Positions 51,401 to 64,000 of a stretch of DNA of 64,000 bases are shown here, one piece after another. Position 1 is the first letter of the stretch. The number at the start of each line of letters is the position of its first letter. The DNA is from Trichoplax sp. H2 (lineage: Eukaryota), in assembly GCA_003344405.1 (NCBI GenBank), contig NOWV01000163.1, forward strand, positions 62,001-126,000, written 5' to 3'. A program made the position numbers and the translations under genes. The notes beneath the pieces were generated by a model. That model did not search any database. It was not told where the DNA came from and saw nothing but the letters and a program-made list of their open reading frames with translations.

Positions 51401-53789
51401 TTGTCTTATAACAGATATCTACGGTACTTGGTCCTTTCTCTAAAGTTGAAAAGTAAAATAATGGTCAAGGTACTGTTTAACTTGTAGTTTATGTAATCTT
51501 AGGAATAAGTGATACAACGTAAAAAATTGTTTTTTTTGGATAACTATAGTAAAACATTTTAGGAAAGATTGTTAAAGTAAGGATTGGTAGTGACAGGCTA
51601 AAGATTTTAAGTCCGCGGTAAATTGAGCTTTTTAAATGCACTTTTAGTGTTTATCTATTTCATTATTTAGTAGCCAATAAGCCGGATGGATCAAATGGAG
51701 TGAGCTGGTAGAAAATGAAGATGAACCTTTAGGATGAATTTTCTTGGAAACTAATTCTCAATCGAAATTGATCACGGCAGTTGCTATTTCACACCGATTA
51801 TATCACTTATTTATATTAAGTGCTGGAATTTTCTTCAGGGATGATAAGATTGAAATGCTTATGTTGTCTCTTCACCATCAACCTACTACCTACCCTATTG
51901 GTAAACTATGTACATCATCCGTAATGTGAACAGATTCTGAAGTTTTTTACCATAATTATGCACGTATTCTCGAACTGAAGAGGGCAATAGTAGCTCTTTA
52001 TTTGTACAATAACTAACTACAATCGTAAAGACAGAATAATGTCAACAACTTCAGAATAGTTCATCTTAAGAAAAGAACCTTTATGGCCTCTTTCTCATCA
52101 CTAACGTTTGCACTACTAAATCGATGTTGATGTCATATTCTGTAATATTACGATTGAATATTATACAGCGTGCTTTTAAGTCAAATTAGCGCTTTCCAAG
52201 TTGATGATATTTAGCCATTTTTCTTAGCTATAGCGTACCAAAATTATTGTATAATAGGCTAACACGTTTCCCACAAACCTAATTGAAAGAACGTCATAAA
52301 TCAATTTTATTTGAATTTACTAGCTGCATTCGATATCAAAAATATCCATCTATCCTATAAATTATAAAATTTTAGCTTCTATTAGTAGTATTACAGTGTA
52401 GTAAATATTATTTACTCACATTGTTCAACGTTAAAATCTATGAATAGGATAAGAGTGCACATTTTATTATATGTTCATACTATTATTACCTGTAGCTCCC
52501 GGAGAAACAAATATTAAGATACTTTCCAACAAAAGACTTAAGTAAATATCAAACTATTGCTAAGGAACAAATTATTTTACTCGCTGCCGAATAGTATTAT
52601 GGATTATCAGTAATACTACTAGCAATTAAATAAGTATCAGGCTTGTAGAGGAAATTACTCAAAGGTTAAGGGTAACATGACAGTATTAATCAGTTTCCTG
52701 ATCTATCTGTGATTTATGGATAGTAATAGTATTCATGGCCATGTATCGATACTTATTAAATTAGAACAAAGTTTGTTAACGCCTTTTATTTCCCATAGAC
52801 AGTTTTTCTAACAAAATGATCAGGAATAAATATTCGTTATCACGATGACTGCAACAATTAAAAGTTAATTCTTTCAAGAGATGTATTTAATACTATTGCT
52901 ACTTTCGTATTTCTTATTGCAGCATTGTTATTTTACGACCTAACTCTTACTTGCTCATAACATGGAAACTAATTAAGGGTTTTTGATTTCCATTCGTTGA
53001 AATTTATTTTCTATTTATCGAAAAATATTAATTATTTATTCACCATGATAGCTAAAAGCCCTCAGGTTGAATAGTAAACCACTAATAATCTTGATTGAAA
53101 TTGTAAATAATCTTGATGATCTATGGTAATTGCATAAGAATAACATCATGTATACGTAAAAATTAACATGCATCGACCGAAACCGGCAAATCTTAATTAT
53201 TGTGTGACCTTCCGGGTCCTTACTTATGTAATAATATATTATTGAACTACCGTTACTCATCACATTAAATGATTGGATTTACTTCGGTTTTTAATTTGCT
53301 TTGCTCAAGTTAGAAAAACTGGTAGGTTGTTAATCAAGAATAAGATATAAAAAGTATGTGTCGACTGCTATTAGAATATTGTCGACATTAACTGGTTATC
53401 ACTAGTACTTAAGGTATTTGTAAACGATTAGCAAAAGAGTGTCAGTTTATCCGTATTACCAACATTTGAACACGATTTTAAAAATTTTGTATAAAGATCA
53501 AGTTGTATCACCGGTGTTTAGTAGCAGTGTAAAAATGGCCGTAAAGTACAGTAGTTTCATAAAATTTACCTAAATTGCAGTCAATCTTTCGAAAAAATCG
53601 TATATAATACGGAAGGACATCAATTTTAGTCTAGCTTTAATCTTAATAATTTAATTTATATTAAATATATTTGGCACAAGTTAGTTCATAGTATTCAATT
53701 AAAATTTGGGTTTGTTTTCTGTTTAGAGACACTATTTGCATAGTTTGATTTTACTTCTTGATCTGCTTTAGATATTTGGTAGAAGCTTG

Positions 53790-54105
53790 TTTTATCTATA
53801 ACTCTTTATATATTCTAGATATGATGTTGTTGCAACATTGCAGTACTGTAGAAATTATATTTGTTTATGTTAAGATAGCTTTGATAGCTTCGCTTTAATC
53901 TGAAACTTGCAGATATATTTTAGATGTGATAATGTCGCAGCATTGCATACTTGCCAAACATAGATTTGCCTACGTTAAGATAATATTTTGATACGTTCGA
54001 TTTCATCTATAAATTCTAACTTATTCTAGATGTGATGTTGTTGTAGTATTGCATCAATGTAGAAAATAAATTAGCCTATATTAAGACAACTTCATTTTAT
54101 CTAGA
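53790..54105. repeat. Degenerate tandem repeat, ~105-bp period, 3 copies
   Basis: TAGATRTGAT...ATTGCA...TTAAGA recurs at 53816, 53921 and 54027. Confidence 0.7.
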
Positions 54106-55029
54106 CAACTTCTAATGTAGAAGTATTAAATATCAAGATTATCTTAAGTTATTGGCTTGGATTAAAATTGAATTTGATAATTACTTATGGTAGCTAAAGT
54201 TATCTCATTTATAGTTCTATCTACAGTGATTGTACCGTAACTACCTTATAGAACTTTGTTTATTACTATGGAAATCTTTTGTAACGCCATTTAAAAATAT
54301 GACTATTCATATCAGCTCTTGAATATTTATATCCGCAGATAATTTTATGTTTAGTTTGATTTTATTCGAAGAATGTTGATGTTAGTTAAAACACAAGCAG
54401 TGACCTTTATAGAAGAGTTCAGTAAATAAGTACATATTATCACATAGCGTGGTAATCTCTTAAATTAGTCGTTAGCTAAAAATACGAGGCGTCAAAGTTT
54501 TTGTATTGTCCACTAGTTGCAAGCATAGGAAATTATTGGGATTTTATATGTGGCTCAAGCGTCCGATATAGAAATAGTAAATGATATTGTCCTGTTGCGA
54601 AGCTGTTTTATTAAAAGTTTATCGTAAATTCGATTTAAGTTTAGGCAGTGCTACTATTCTTGGTTCCAAATGAGAAAGTAAACACTTAATATGGCAGCAT
54701 ATACTATGATCAAATCATAATTTCCGTGTTTGATTTTCAGACTTAATCATTACCATTGTCCAATTAGCACTTTTAGTGATACTGCCGGATTCTAGTGCAT
54801 TATAATTATGTATAAATTTTACGTAACTTTATAAACCTTAACCTAGCCAAATTTCCATCTGAAAGCAGAAACTGCTTGAGTACCATATAATTCAATATTA
54901 GGAATATAGAAAAATAGATTGATAGTAGTTAATATGGCTCAATAATACTTAAAGCAGCTAGTTTTAATTCTTTAAAATTCAATATTCCAATTAATATTAA
55001 AGTTCATGCCGTGCTGTTTCTCATTAGTT

Positions 55030-55640
55030 ACGATCATAGTCTTAAGCAATGCTAGTGTAAATTATAATCCTGCACCGAATTATATCGATACAGCAAGATA
55101 CATTATGCAGTTATTGACAAAGCTTTCATAAATACATAAAATAAACTACATTATTTTTAAAAAGTGGCATATAAATGTAAAATATAATATCTCTAAACAT
55201 TATGATGCCACTTAATTAACAGCATCACTGTATCTTGCTGCTAGCAATTTAATGGCCGTAACAATTTTTCGATCCTGACCGAAAGTAATTTATATAGTAA
55301 TACTAATTGTAATCTCGCAGTATGTTATGTCAACAAACTTAGATGCAGCACATAGTTCTTAAGCAACGCTCGTGTAAAAATTTAATTCAAAGAAATTTAA
55401 AATGTAAAATATGAAATATAAATGTAAAATATAATATCGCAATCATATTGATGCAGTAGAATACAGTACCGTATCTTGATACGAGCAATTTTAGTAGCTT
55501 TAGTAGCTTTGTGATCCAGATAGAAAGCTATTTCTATAATAATGTCATTGTAATTTTGCAATACGTTTTGTCGATGCCATAACATGTAGTATTGTATCTT
55601 GATTTTAAAATTTTTGTGGCTGTAGTAATTTTACTTTCCT
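55030..55640. repeat. Degenerate local duplications upstream of the fourth GPCR
   Basis: CATAGT(T)CTTAAGCAAYGCT near 55035 and 55351; ATATAAATGTAAAATATAATATC near 55170 and 55417; GATGC...GTATCTTG three times. Confidence 0.6.
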
Positions 55641-55787
55641 GAGAAAAATGCAATTTCTTTAATAATACTAATCAAAACTATTGACTTGGATTTACGTTAT
55701 AATCGTGAACTTGCATGACTATTAAATGTGTTTTTTTCCTTTTCGTCTCGGTAGTTTCGAGTTTGAAACTTCAGCTCCGACGCAGCC

Positions 55788-56780
55788 ATGGATAATCTCA
55801 GTAATTTTAGCCAAGCGCTGTATATTGAAGATTTCTATTTTGTGGTAATTTGGGATTTAAGCGTTGGCTACTTAGGGTTCTGCCTAAATTTAATCCTAAT
55901 ATTTCTAATATTTAAAAGTAGATCATTTAATAAAGCTTATGACATTCTCTTAGCGAATCAGGGATTATCCGATTTAGCATGCTCGGCTGTAATTTTTACT
56001 TCATCTGTTTATTCTCTAATTCTGCATTCATCATCAATGACTGAAATGCATAAACAACCCGTTTGTACAATTGCTTATTTTATTATGGTTACTACATTTG
56101 CAGCTTCGGTTATCATATTTACAGCAATTGCTGTTGATCGCTATCTCAGTCATATTCGAAATCGTCATCGTGATCGGCCTGTCCGTTCTTCAAAGGTTGC
56201 TATAGGCATTACCGCTATGTGGATCACTTCTGCTTGTGTAGCTTATCCAGTAATTTATTTTATTGAAGTTCATGGCCCATCTATATACAGCTGCACCGTA
56301 ACTCAGGATATCATGATGGCACATTTTAACAGAATCTTCTTTACAGTCTTATTTTGTATCTTCTATCTCCTTCCATCCGTTATTATTGTTGGATGCTATT
56401 TACTGATATGTATATCCATGTACAATCAATTGCGAAAGTGGCAAGAAACCAATATGAAGAGAAATTGGCGCAATTATGAGAGGGGAAAATCTGTTATCTG
56501 GTTTTCTCTCATGATAACTGCAGCATTCTTGTTACTAAGTACGCCGTTTGTTGCCATTTTAATGAATTCAGCTTATAGTAGTCATTATCTACTAGATCCT
56601 TTACCTAAAATTAGCCTAAGTCGGCGATTTATCGTTGAAATATGCATAATTATTTACAAGAGTCGATGTGTGGTTATATCGTTATTACACCTTAGATTTC
56701 GCAAAAGTTTACGACGCGAAACAGCCGAGCAATGTATGTGCCTTTATAAGGTGCACAGAAATGAAGCTGATGTAAATTGA
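55788..56780 (+). CDS. Divergent rhodopsin-class GPCR; 330 aa, single coding exon
   Basis: 7TM; N-terminal NLS/NFS glycosylation sites, TM2 LANQGLSDL, TM3 Cys and AIAVDRY, TM4 W...P, ECL2 Cys, TM5 YLLP...Y, TM6 P. NPxxY is replaced by ISLLH. Good Kozak context (GCAGCCATGG). Confidence 0.9.
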   Translation: MDNLSNFSQALYIEDFYFVVIWDLSVGYLGFCLNLILIFLIFKSRSFNKAYDILLANQGLSDLACSAVIFTSSVYSLILHSSSMTEMHKQPVCTIAYFIMVTTFAASVIIFTAIAVDRYLSHIRNRHRDRPVRSSKVAIGITAMWITSACVAYPVIYFIEVHGPSIYSCTVTQDIMMAHFNRIFFTVLFCIFYLLPSVIIVGCYLLICISMYNQLRKWQETNMKRNWRNYERGKSVIWFSLMITAAFLLLSTPFVAILMNSAYSSHYLLDPLPKISLSRRFIVEICIIIYKSRCVVISLLHLRFRKSLRRETAEQCMCLYKVHRNEADVN

Positions 56781-59700
56781 ACCCAGGAATAATTTAACTT
56801 TTGGAAGCTTATATGGTGTTCTTACGTACTGCCTTTTACTATAAAATTTTAAAAAGTTTATGCTTGACTAAATGATATTTGCTACGTAAAGATTGCTTGG
56901 CTTTATACCGAACACTTCTGTAGTTATACAACTTTATTTTCCTTCTGAAATGATAGATTTGACATAGATTTTTTTAGCTACTAATATTAATGTAGATTAA
57001 ATTATTATAGCTGAATTTCGAGCTCACTGAAATGTTTATGTTATAAACCAAAATTTTTGACTTTGCTTAGATGATAGAGTAATTTTAAGTATGTTAGTAA
57101 AATTAAGATCAATGTCTTGCATTTTCGTATTGGTAACGATTTCTAGTGGTCAATTTCGCAGAGTATAACGATAGTATTGTAGAATTGAGATGACCTTATT
57201 TTTATTGATTACTTCTATTGTACGTGCAAAATTTATACCTCAATCAATGTCGTAAATTGGGCGAAAATGATAGCATACACCGGCTATAACACTGTGGTAA
57301 CCGATTTAATATTTTATTATTATACTATTTCCTTTATTAAATTGATAAATGTACGCTAACGTTAGTTAATAAAAGTTAAGTTATAAATTTTCCTCTTCTG
57401 GTCATTAAATTCAGTATCGATAGCGGTATTACCGCTCATCCGATTAAATATCTTTCTGAACAAAAGGGATCAATAACTTCTCAATATAGCGTGCATTCGT
57501 AGTTTTTCGTTATTATAGCTAGCATAAAAAGTTCGTAACAAACTACAACCTACCAACGTATGTATTAATAATTAAGTTGCAGTTTATAATTTTCTCATTA
57601 AATAATGAAATAGTAGTAATTATTATTTTATTTAACGGCAAAATTGTATAATTTTATAGTAATTTTTAAATAATTAATAAATAACTTCTAAGTATGGATT
57701 TACTATCGCAATCTCTCTTAATTGTTTCTAACATTAAAGTTCTAGACGAGCTACGACTTACGCGAAAAGAAGTTGCTCTGTATCTATCTCTTATTAAATA
57801 ATAAAATGAGTTCAATTATTTATTTTAGTTACAGGATTGCAAAATTTTACTATTAGTTCTATGTGAAAGTGAGTGAAATATCTGCGAGATTCAGAGTTGG
57901 TGTTTATTTTCTTTTAAATTAGTTGCTTAGTAAAATCGTTCAGATCGCGTTATAATGTAGGTATTTCCTTAATTTTTTCTGGCACCAATGTCGAACTGCA
58001 AGTATAAAGATGGATTTGAATACAATCGAATCGCTCTTCTTTGGTTAAGTAAAAAGATATTTTACCCAAAAATCGATTACATATAAATACAAACGTTGCT
58101 ATTAGGTGTTACAAGAACTGCCTTAAGTTATAGCCATTTCGGCTGATTAGCTTGCGTATTTCAAGATCTTAAATTGAAAAATTCTGTAAGTTCAGTTATT
58201 TCAAAATAAAGTATGAAAAATTATTTTTTTGATGATTTCCAGGCTTTTAGAGTAAAGTGGCAGTCGCAATATGATAGTTTTAATATTAGGAAATTTTTAT
58301 TTGCCAGTATTGTGGTTTTGATCCATGCTGTATACTGCAGTTAGGAAGTCCTACGTGAATAAGTATCTAGAGATTGATGTGGCCATAGAACGATTGAGAG
58401 GTACTATTACTATTTTGTCACAATTATAATATACAAGCAATGCATACTTTAATATTTTCCATTATAGTTACCGTAGGGCCGCTTTTAACCGTGTTTACTT
58501 TACTAAAATTTCGAAATTAGAGCCCTGGGTGGTAAAATGTTTTTAATTCAGGCTATTATTGTATATATATAAAAAGATTTAAGAAAGATCGGTAGATATC
58601 TTGTTAAGAGAAAGAACATTATAGCAATCGTCTCTTATTAAAGTTTAGACATTGATTCCAATGCTTACTTTGTCTTTTATATCGATAGGTTACAGTTAAC
58701 GTTTTTGCGATTGTAGCACGTAGAATTTAGTTTCGGGCCATTACAACAATTTATTCATTATGATGGAACGCTACTGCACATTTAATTCTTTAAAAAATAT
58801 TTTTGTCTGTTATAGAACACCTATAGCAAACTATTTCTGCTATAGACGGTAAGTTGACATGCATTCGTGAGTTATTGAAATTCTTCTTTGTATTTGATGA
58901 ACTCCACTCTTGAGAGATTATAATTACTGAACCAATAATTTCGAAAATAGAGCTTATTGAATAGGGCTTGCTTTAATGACTTCAGGTGTTCGTTTTGACA
59001 TCTGTATTTGTCTACTATTAATATCTTAATTATAGGGATCTTTATCCGTACAGTACTAGATTGTATCAGTAATAAGTTTATGTAGAAAGTTTAGTGGTGT
59101 TTCTTAGGAAGTATAATTAACTTATGTAACATGTAAATTTGCCTTTCTGGAACAATTACTTATTTGAAATTGGTTTAATTTTTCAGTCTTGTCTAAGACA
59201 GCCTTTCGTCTCTTGAAAAGTACTGGCCTAATGATACTGTTATTACAAATGGCTTTGTTTTGCTTAGAAAATTGAATCTGAAAATCTTGTTCGCTTATAT
59301 CGAAAGCATGTTTTGATTTTTTCCCCAGCAATAGTGTTATCCTGTATTAATGTTGCTAACTTGTACGAAAAATCTAAGTAAAGGTTTAGTAATAAATTAA
59401 ATGTAAATAAAAGTACAATTTGAATTTATTAGCTCACGAATATACATTCATCGAATTTACACGTGATGGAAATACATTTTTATGACATGTAACAATTATG
59501 TATTGGTAAAAGATGAATGCAAAATGCTCGTCTAAATAAAATAAACAAACTGTTGAAAAATATTATTTTAATAGTTGTATGATGGATATTGGCTATTCTA
59601 ATTTGCTGTCAATTTTATGTCCATAAATAATTTTCTGCCATCTTGTTTATGTCGAATTCCCCGAGTACCTTAATTATTCGTAGAGGCGGATTACTATAAA

Positions 59701-62700
59701 TATTTGTTTGTCAGTGAGATGGATAAAATTTTATAGCTTTCTTGGCAGATGCTATAACCTAGTATTTTATCGTGCATTTTCATGTAGTCTTCTTTTTAGC
59801 ATTTTTAATTAATATTACCGACCTATTCAAGTATGGTATAACATTATAACATTTGCTATTAATCGGAATTTCCCTTCAATAAATAAATTTCAAGTTTAAT
59901 TCACGTAATAAACATCACTTCACCGTAATATCTCTCAGTCATTTCGTGTTAGTTATATTAAGTTCAAGCTATGAATTAAAATGATGCGGATTACATTTGA
60001 GAGGATTTTAATAAAATCAGAGGCAAGTCTTATTTATATTATTCTACGGGTTGAGTTATATTAGGCAGTGAGCTGTATTAATAGTATAGCAAATATTAAA
60101 TGTCTAATATAGTATGTACACATTTGCTTCAAGTGTACATATTTACTCTAAGTGTATCTAGTAATGATATGATAATACTTACAGATTCTTTCTCCGGTTG
60201 AATGAACAGAATTATATCCTGGATACCTTAATTAAGAAGAGGGAGCGTGATAACTCTACGCAGAATGCTATTCATTTTATTGCTTTAATTTATTCAAATT
60301 TTCTGTCTGAAGAAGAGGTATAGATTTAATTTGTGACTAAAATCATTTGTTTATGTTTATAGATTTAATATATATCTTGTCGGGAAACACCATAGTTGCT
60401 ATATAACTTGAAGATCTATTACAACGCAAATGAATATCATGGATTTTGTTCCTTACAAAATACTAAGAAGATCCTAAAACCATGAACCACTGTTAAAGAT
60501 GTAAATGGAATGCAATTATATAGCGGCACTTACAGTTTTAAATGAGTGAGTTATACTCTTTAATTTCAATTTTATCGTCATTACTAACTAAATTAAAATA
60601 TAAATACAATAGCTCTATGTTCAAGGCGTAACCCAGTTTCTATGGCAATAATAAGAACTGTCGCCCTTAAATGCTGAAAGGATGGACCCCGGCATTTCAA
60701 ATAAGACTTAGAGGTTGATCAATCTAAAATTTATTTATTTATATCGTTGTAGGGTGCCGTCATGTTCATTTCAACCAATGCGAAGCCCAGCATTAGCTGT
60801 TAGGATTAACATCTGTACGGATTAATTTGAAGGTCGAAATTTATCAAGGCAGCATTAAACAAAGAAACGCTTCAAAAAAAAAGATTTAGATTCTTGTTTA
60901 AATTTTTACTATCCAGCAGGAGTAAAATAGTTTTCTTTATTCTCCGTAACTTTTGTTTCCTTTTATACTTTGCTCTCATTATTACGTTTCTTTAGATTAT
61001 GGAAATTACTTCCTGGTTCTAAAAGTCTGAAAACTATTAAAGCCTCGGTAAGCTAATATGATTACTAGCTAGGTTCGGGATGACTGTAATGATCTGGCTA
61101 TCATTTAGTCTGAGATCATGCCTTTGCCCATCAAAGAAGCGGATTAATATAGAGGATATAATTATGTTAGCCTTAATTAGGTTGGATTAACTACCGTAAT
61201 TGTACGAAATTAAGACGTTGAGATGGTGTTATTATTTGTATTGCAATAATCTAGTTTAATCCAGGAATATAATCTATAATTTTAAACAGATGGTATATAA
61301 ATTATACATATACATGTGAAAGTTTAATGCTTCATTGATAACGATAGTGCCCTATTTTAAATTATCCTCCAATCTCAGTCTTTATTTACTTATCCGTTTA
61401 GTATCTTAACAAGCAGGATAGCAACCATTCTATTCTATTTATTTAAGAAAATGATTGGAGTTCATCTGACAGTTGTCTTTGATTACTAGCCTTTTTCATG
61501 AGTATCCTAAAAGGAATTAAATTCACTCTATCGTCGATTTTTCCTTTTGGTGTCATTTGGTATTACTTATATTAACACGGCGCTATACAAAATACTGAGG
61601 ATAGTATCAATTTTAAATTTTAAACCTTAAATTGGTGCTGGTAGCTGGATTGCCAATGATACATTTACTTTTTTTTCATATATTCGAACTTTAATCCATT
61701 AAATACGATTATCTTCTTGCATAATTCTACATTTGGTACGTTGCATAATAGATTAGAATAATAATGTTATTCGATTCAAGTAAATCATACCAGTTGAACG
61801 TCGTCATAAAAGGCATTTCGTTTTAATTCTATGGAAAGCTACTGATTCAAGATACATATACTGACCTATATTGCAAGGATTTCATAACAGATTATCGCAA
61901 CTTAAACACTGAACTTAATGCAAAATTAATAATTTTTAGCTAAGATTGCTACATTAGCAACTATTGTAACGTAATTATATACCTGACTAATGTATATAGC
62001 CCCACACTGATTTGAATGAAAGCATGACGACTAAAATTTGATGTACAGAAAATAAAACTGAACACGAATAATTCAACCTGTCATGCTTGAAAGACCTTCC
62101 GTATTAGCTTTCAACACCTGCTAAGATCCAATCTGAGATCAATAGAAGCGTGAAAAGTAGGCCTGGCGATCAATAGCTTACCGATGTCTACATCATCTAT
62201 AGATTGTGTTGTCACTAGCCGATGTTTACAAGATAATTGTTGTGACTTTATAGCATATTACTTTCCATAGTCCTGATAGACAACCTAGGATTTATTTGCT
62301 AGATTCTTGTTCAAAGTTTCAGAGTAAAAGATTAAGAACCGTGCGATAGTATTGTTTAAGTTACGATGTCGCTGTTCTTATTTGTGTAGTCAACAGTGTC
62401 GTAACCTGTAGTCTATCAATTTCTTCTTGAAGACAATTCGTTGTTGCTGATAGACAATGATCACATTGATTTCATAACAGATTGATCGATTGTCATTCTT
62501 TGAATATGACAAGTAAATTGTTACAGTTATTGTCCAATCTTTACCAATTATTTATTACGTAGAATAGAGCTCTAGTTCATATAGGTAAGTTAGATGCATT
62601 GGCCATTTATTATCGTTACGGATTACTTTCATGGTAGCCATCGAGACTAGATCCTGTGCACTGAATTACTTTGACAAACTTTGCGGCTTAAGAGAAGACA

Positions 62701-64000
62701 TTAGACTTGAGTTTAATTAAAACTTCCCAGTTTGAGGTAAAGCATCTTTAAGAATCGTTCTACTATATTGTAATAACTAGAGATTGACATACAAAGTAAT
62801 AAAGACTAAAACTACGCCAAAAAATTTTTCTGATTTTGTAACATTGACGTATCTATTAGGTTATTTTGATGACGATATACCAGTAGAGAATGTAATGCTT
62901 CTAAAGTAGTATATGGCAAATAAAATTTTATCACCACAATTGTTTCTTCCCGTAGATAGTGGCGACATCTAGTTTTGATTTTATTCTCTTGGCATCATTG
63001 ACTACGACTTTATCTTCTTATCTTCTTATTGAGCACTTCCGCATTACTCATCTACATTAAATTTTATGTGGATTTCGTCTAGACGTCAAAGGAATTAATT
63101 ATTTAATTACTGATTTAAGGCTTTACCGTATTGAAATGTATATTTAAATTCAATTGATAATCTAGTCTGCAATAAAAGTCTCATAGTTTCATTTTTATCA
63201 TTAAAGTATGGAAAGAGATTGGAATGAGTGGTGTAATGCATCCCAGCATTCGTCTTTATTATTTATGGATCGAAACAGAATGATTTTATTCTCTTTACTT
63301 ATAACGTAATATTTTTACTAAGTGCTTTTAAGCCCTAAGGCTTATAGTAATAGAGAACAATTGGCGTTCTGTTTTATAGGTGCTAGTAAGGCCGCAAAAT
63401 TGTCATAAATTTAGATTACAATTGATAAATTAATTGATTTATCAACGCGTATGCGACGATTATTATCGCAACTATAGTAAAACTGATTATCGACTATTCG
63501 AGGTAAGACATCGACCAGTAATTGCTTGAATTAGACCTTTTTCGTGAAAAATATCAAACTATTAGTTATAACTGAATTAGAACGGAATTGTTATCATGGC
63601 TAGTAATTATGAAAGCAATTTATGTTAAAATGATATCCAACTTAAACTACCTCCAATTTAAACTCTAACATAGATAAGCCTTAGGATACTTCATGTTTGC
63701 TTGTTAAATCAGCTCATTGCTTTCTATTTTGTTGCCGGGATATAAAATTCTGTTTTACGTTAGAAATTCTATTAAATTTATGCAAGTATTGAATCTATTA
63801 ATATTAATTAAGTAAAGAAGAAGGCATGACGGTCCTACTGAAATATCAGCTTACGATCGTATCAATCAGTATGTATTGTTTTAGATTAGATTTCATTTTT
63901 AAATTGGTGTTATCCAATTCACCTGCTGAGTCTTTTACTTTAACATAAATATAAAGTATTAAAATCAAGTTCACCTCCTTTTATTAGAATTTCGAATACA

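Noticed and set aside
42599-55585. Scattered 60-90 aa ORFs upstream of Trox-2
   Set aside because: Low-complexity AT-rich translations with no domains, and I could not chain them into spliced models; small genes cannot be fully excluded.
57000-64000. Possible coding remnants, including the 59122-59331 ORF and an LQEEIDR-like word near 62.4 kb on minus
   Set aside because: Stops in all frames and no sustained similarity to any family I recognise.

Overview
AT-rich eukaryotic (animal) genomic DNA with short GT-AG introns and two 20-N assembly gaps. It is most likely placozoan (Trichoplax), because it carries a two-exon Gsx-type homeobox gene resembling Trox-2. From left to right: three related single-coding-exon rhodopsin-class GPCRs (4.3-14.8 kb) with melatonin-receptor/opsin-outgroup-like motifs; a tRNA-Ser 3'-half fragment ending in CCA; TACAG/CTGTA simple-sequence tracts near likely promoters; a 5-exon gene for a small mitochondrial-type protein with a PPR/COX5A-like helical motif; a 14-exon SREBP gene (1039 aa); Trox-2/Gsx in a ~28 kb interval with no other recognisable gene; and a fourth, divergent GPCR. 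The most notable observations are (1) two independent insertions of one LTR family bracketing Trox-2, each with its own 5-bp target-site duplication, and (2) a lysine in the fourth GPCR at the position aligning to rhodopsin's retinal-binding K296. All gene models were spliced by hand and no database search was run. I found no CRISPR array, rRNA or intact transposon ORF, and I cannot claim a wholly new biological system from sequence alone.
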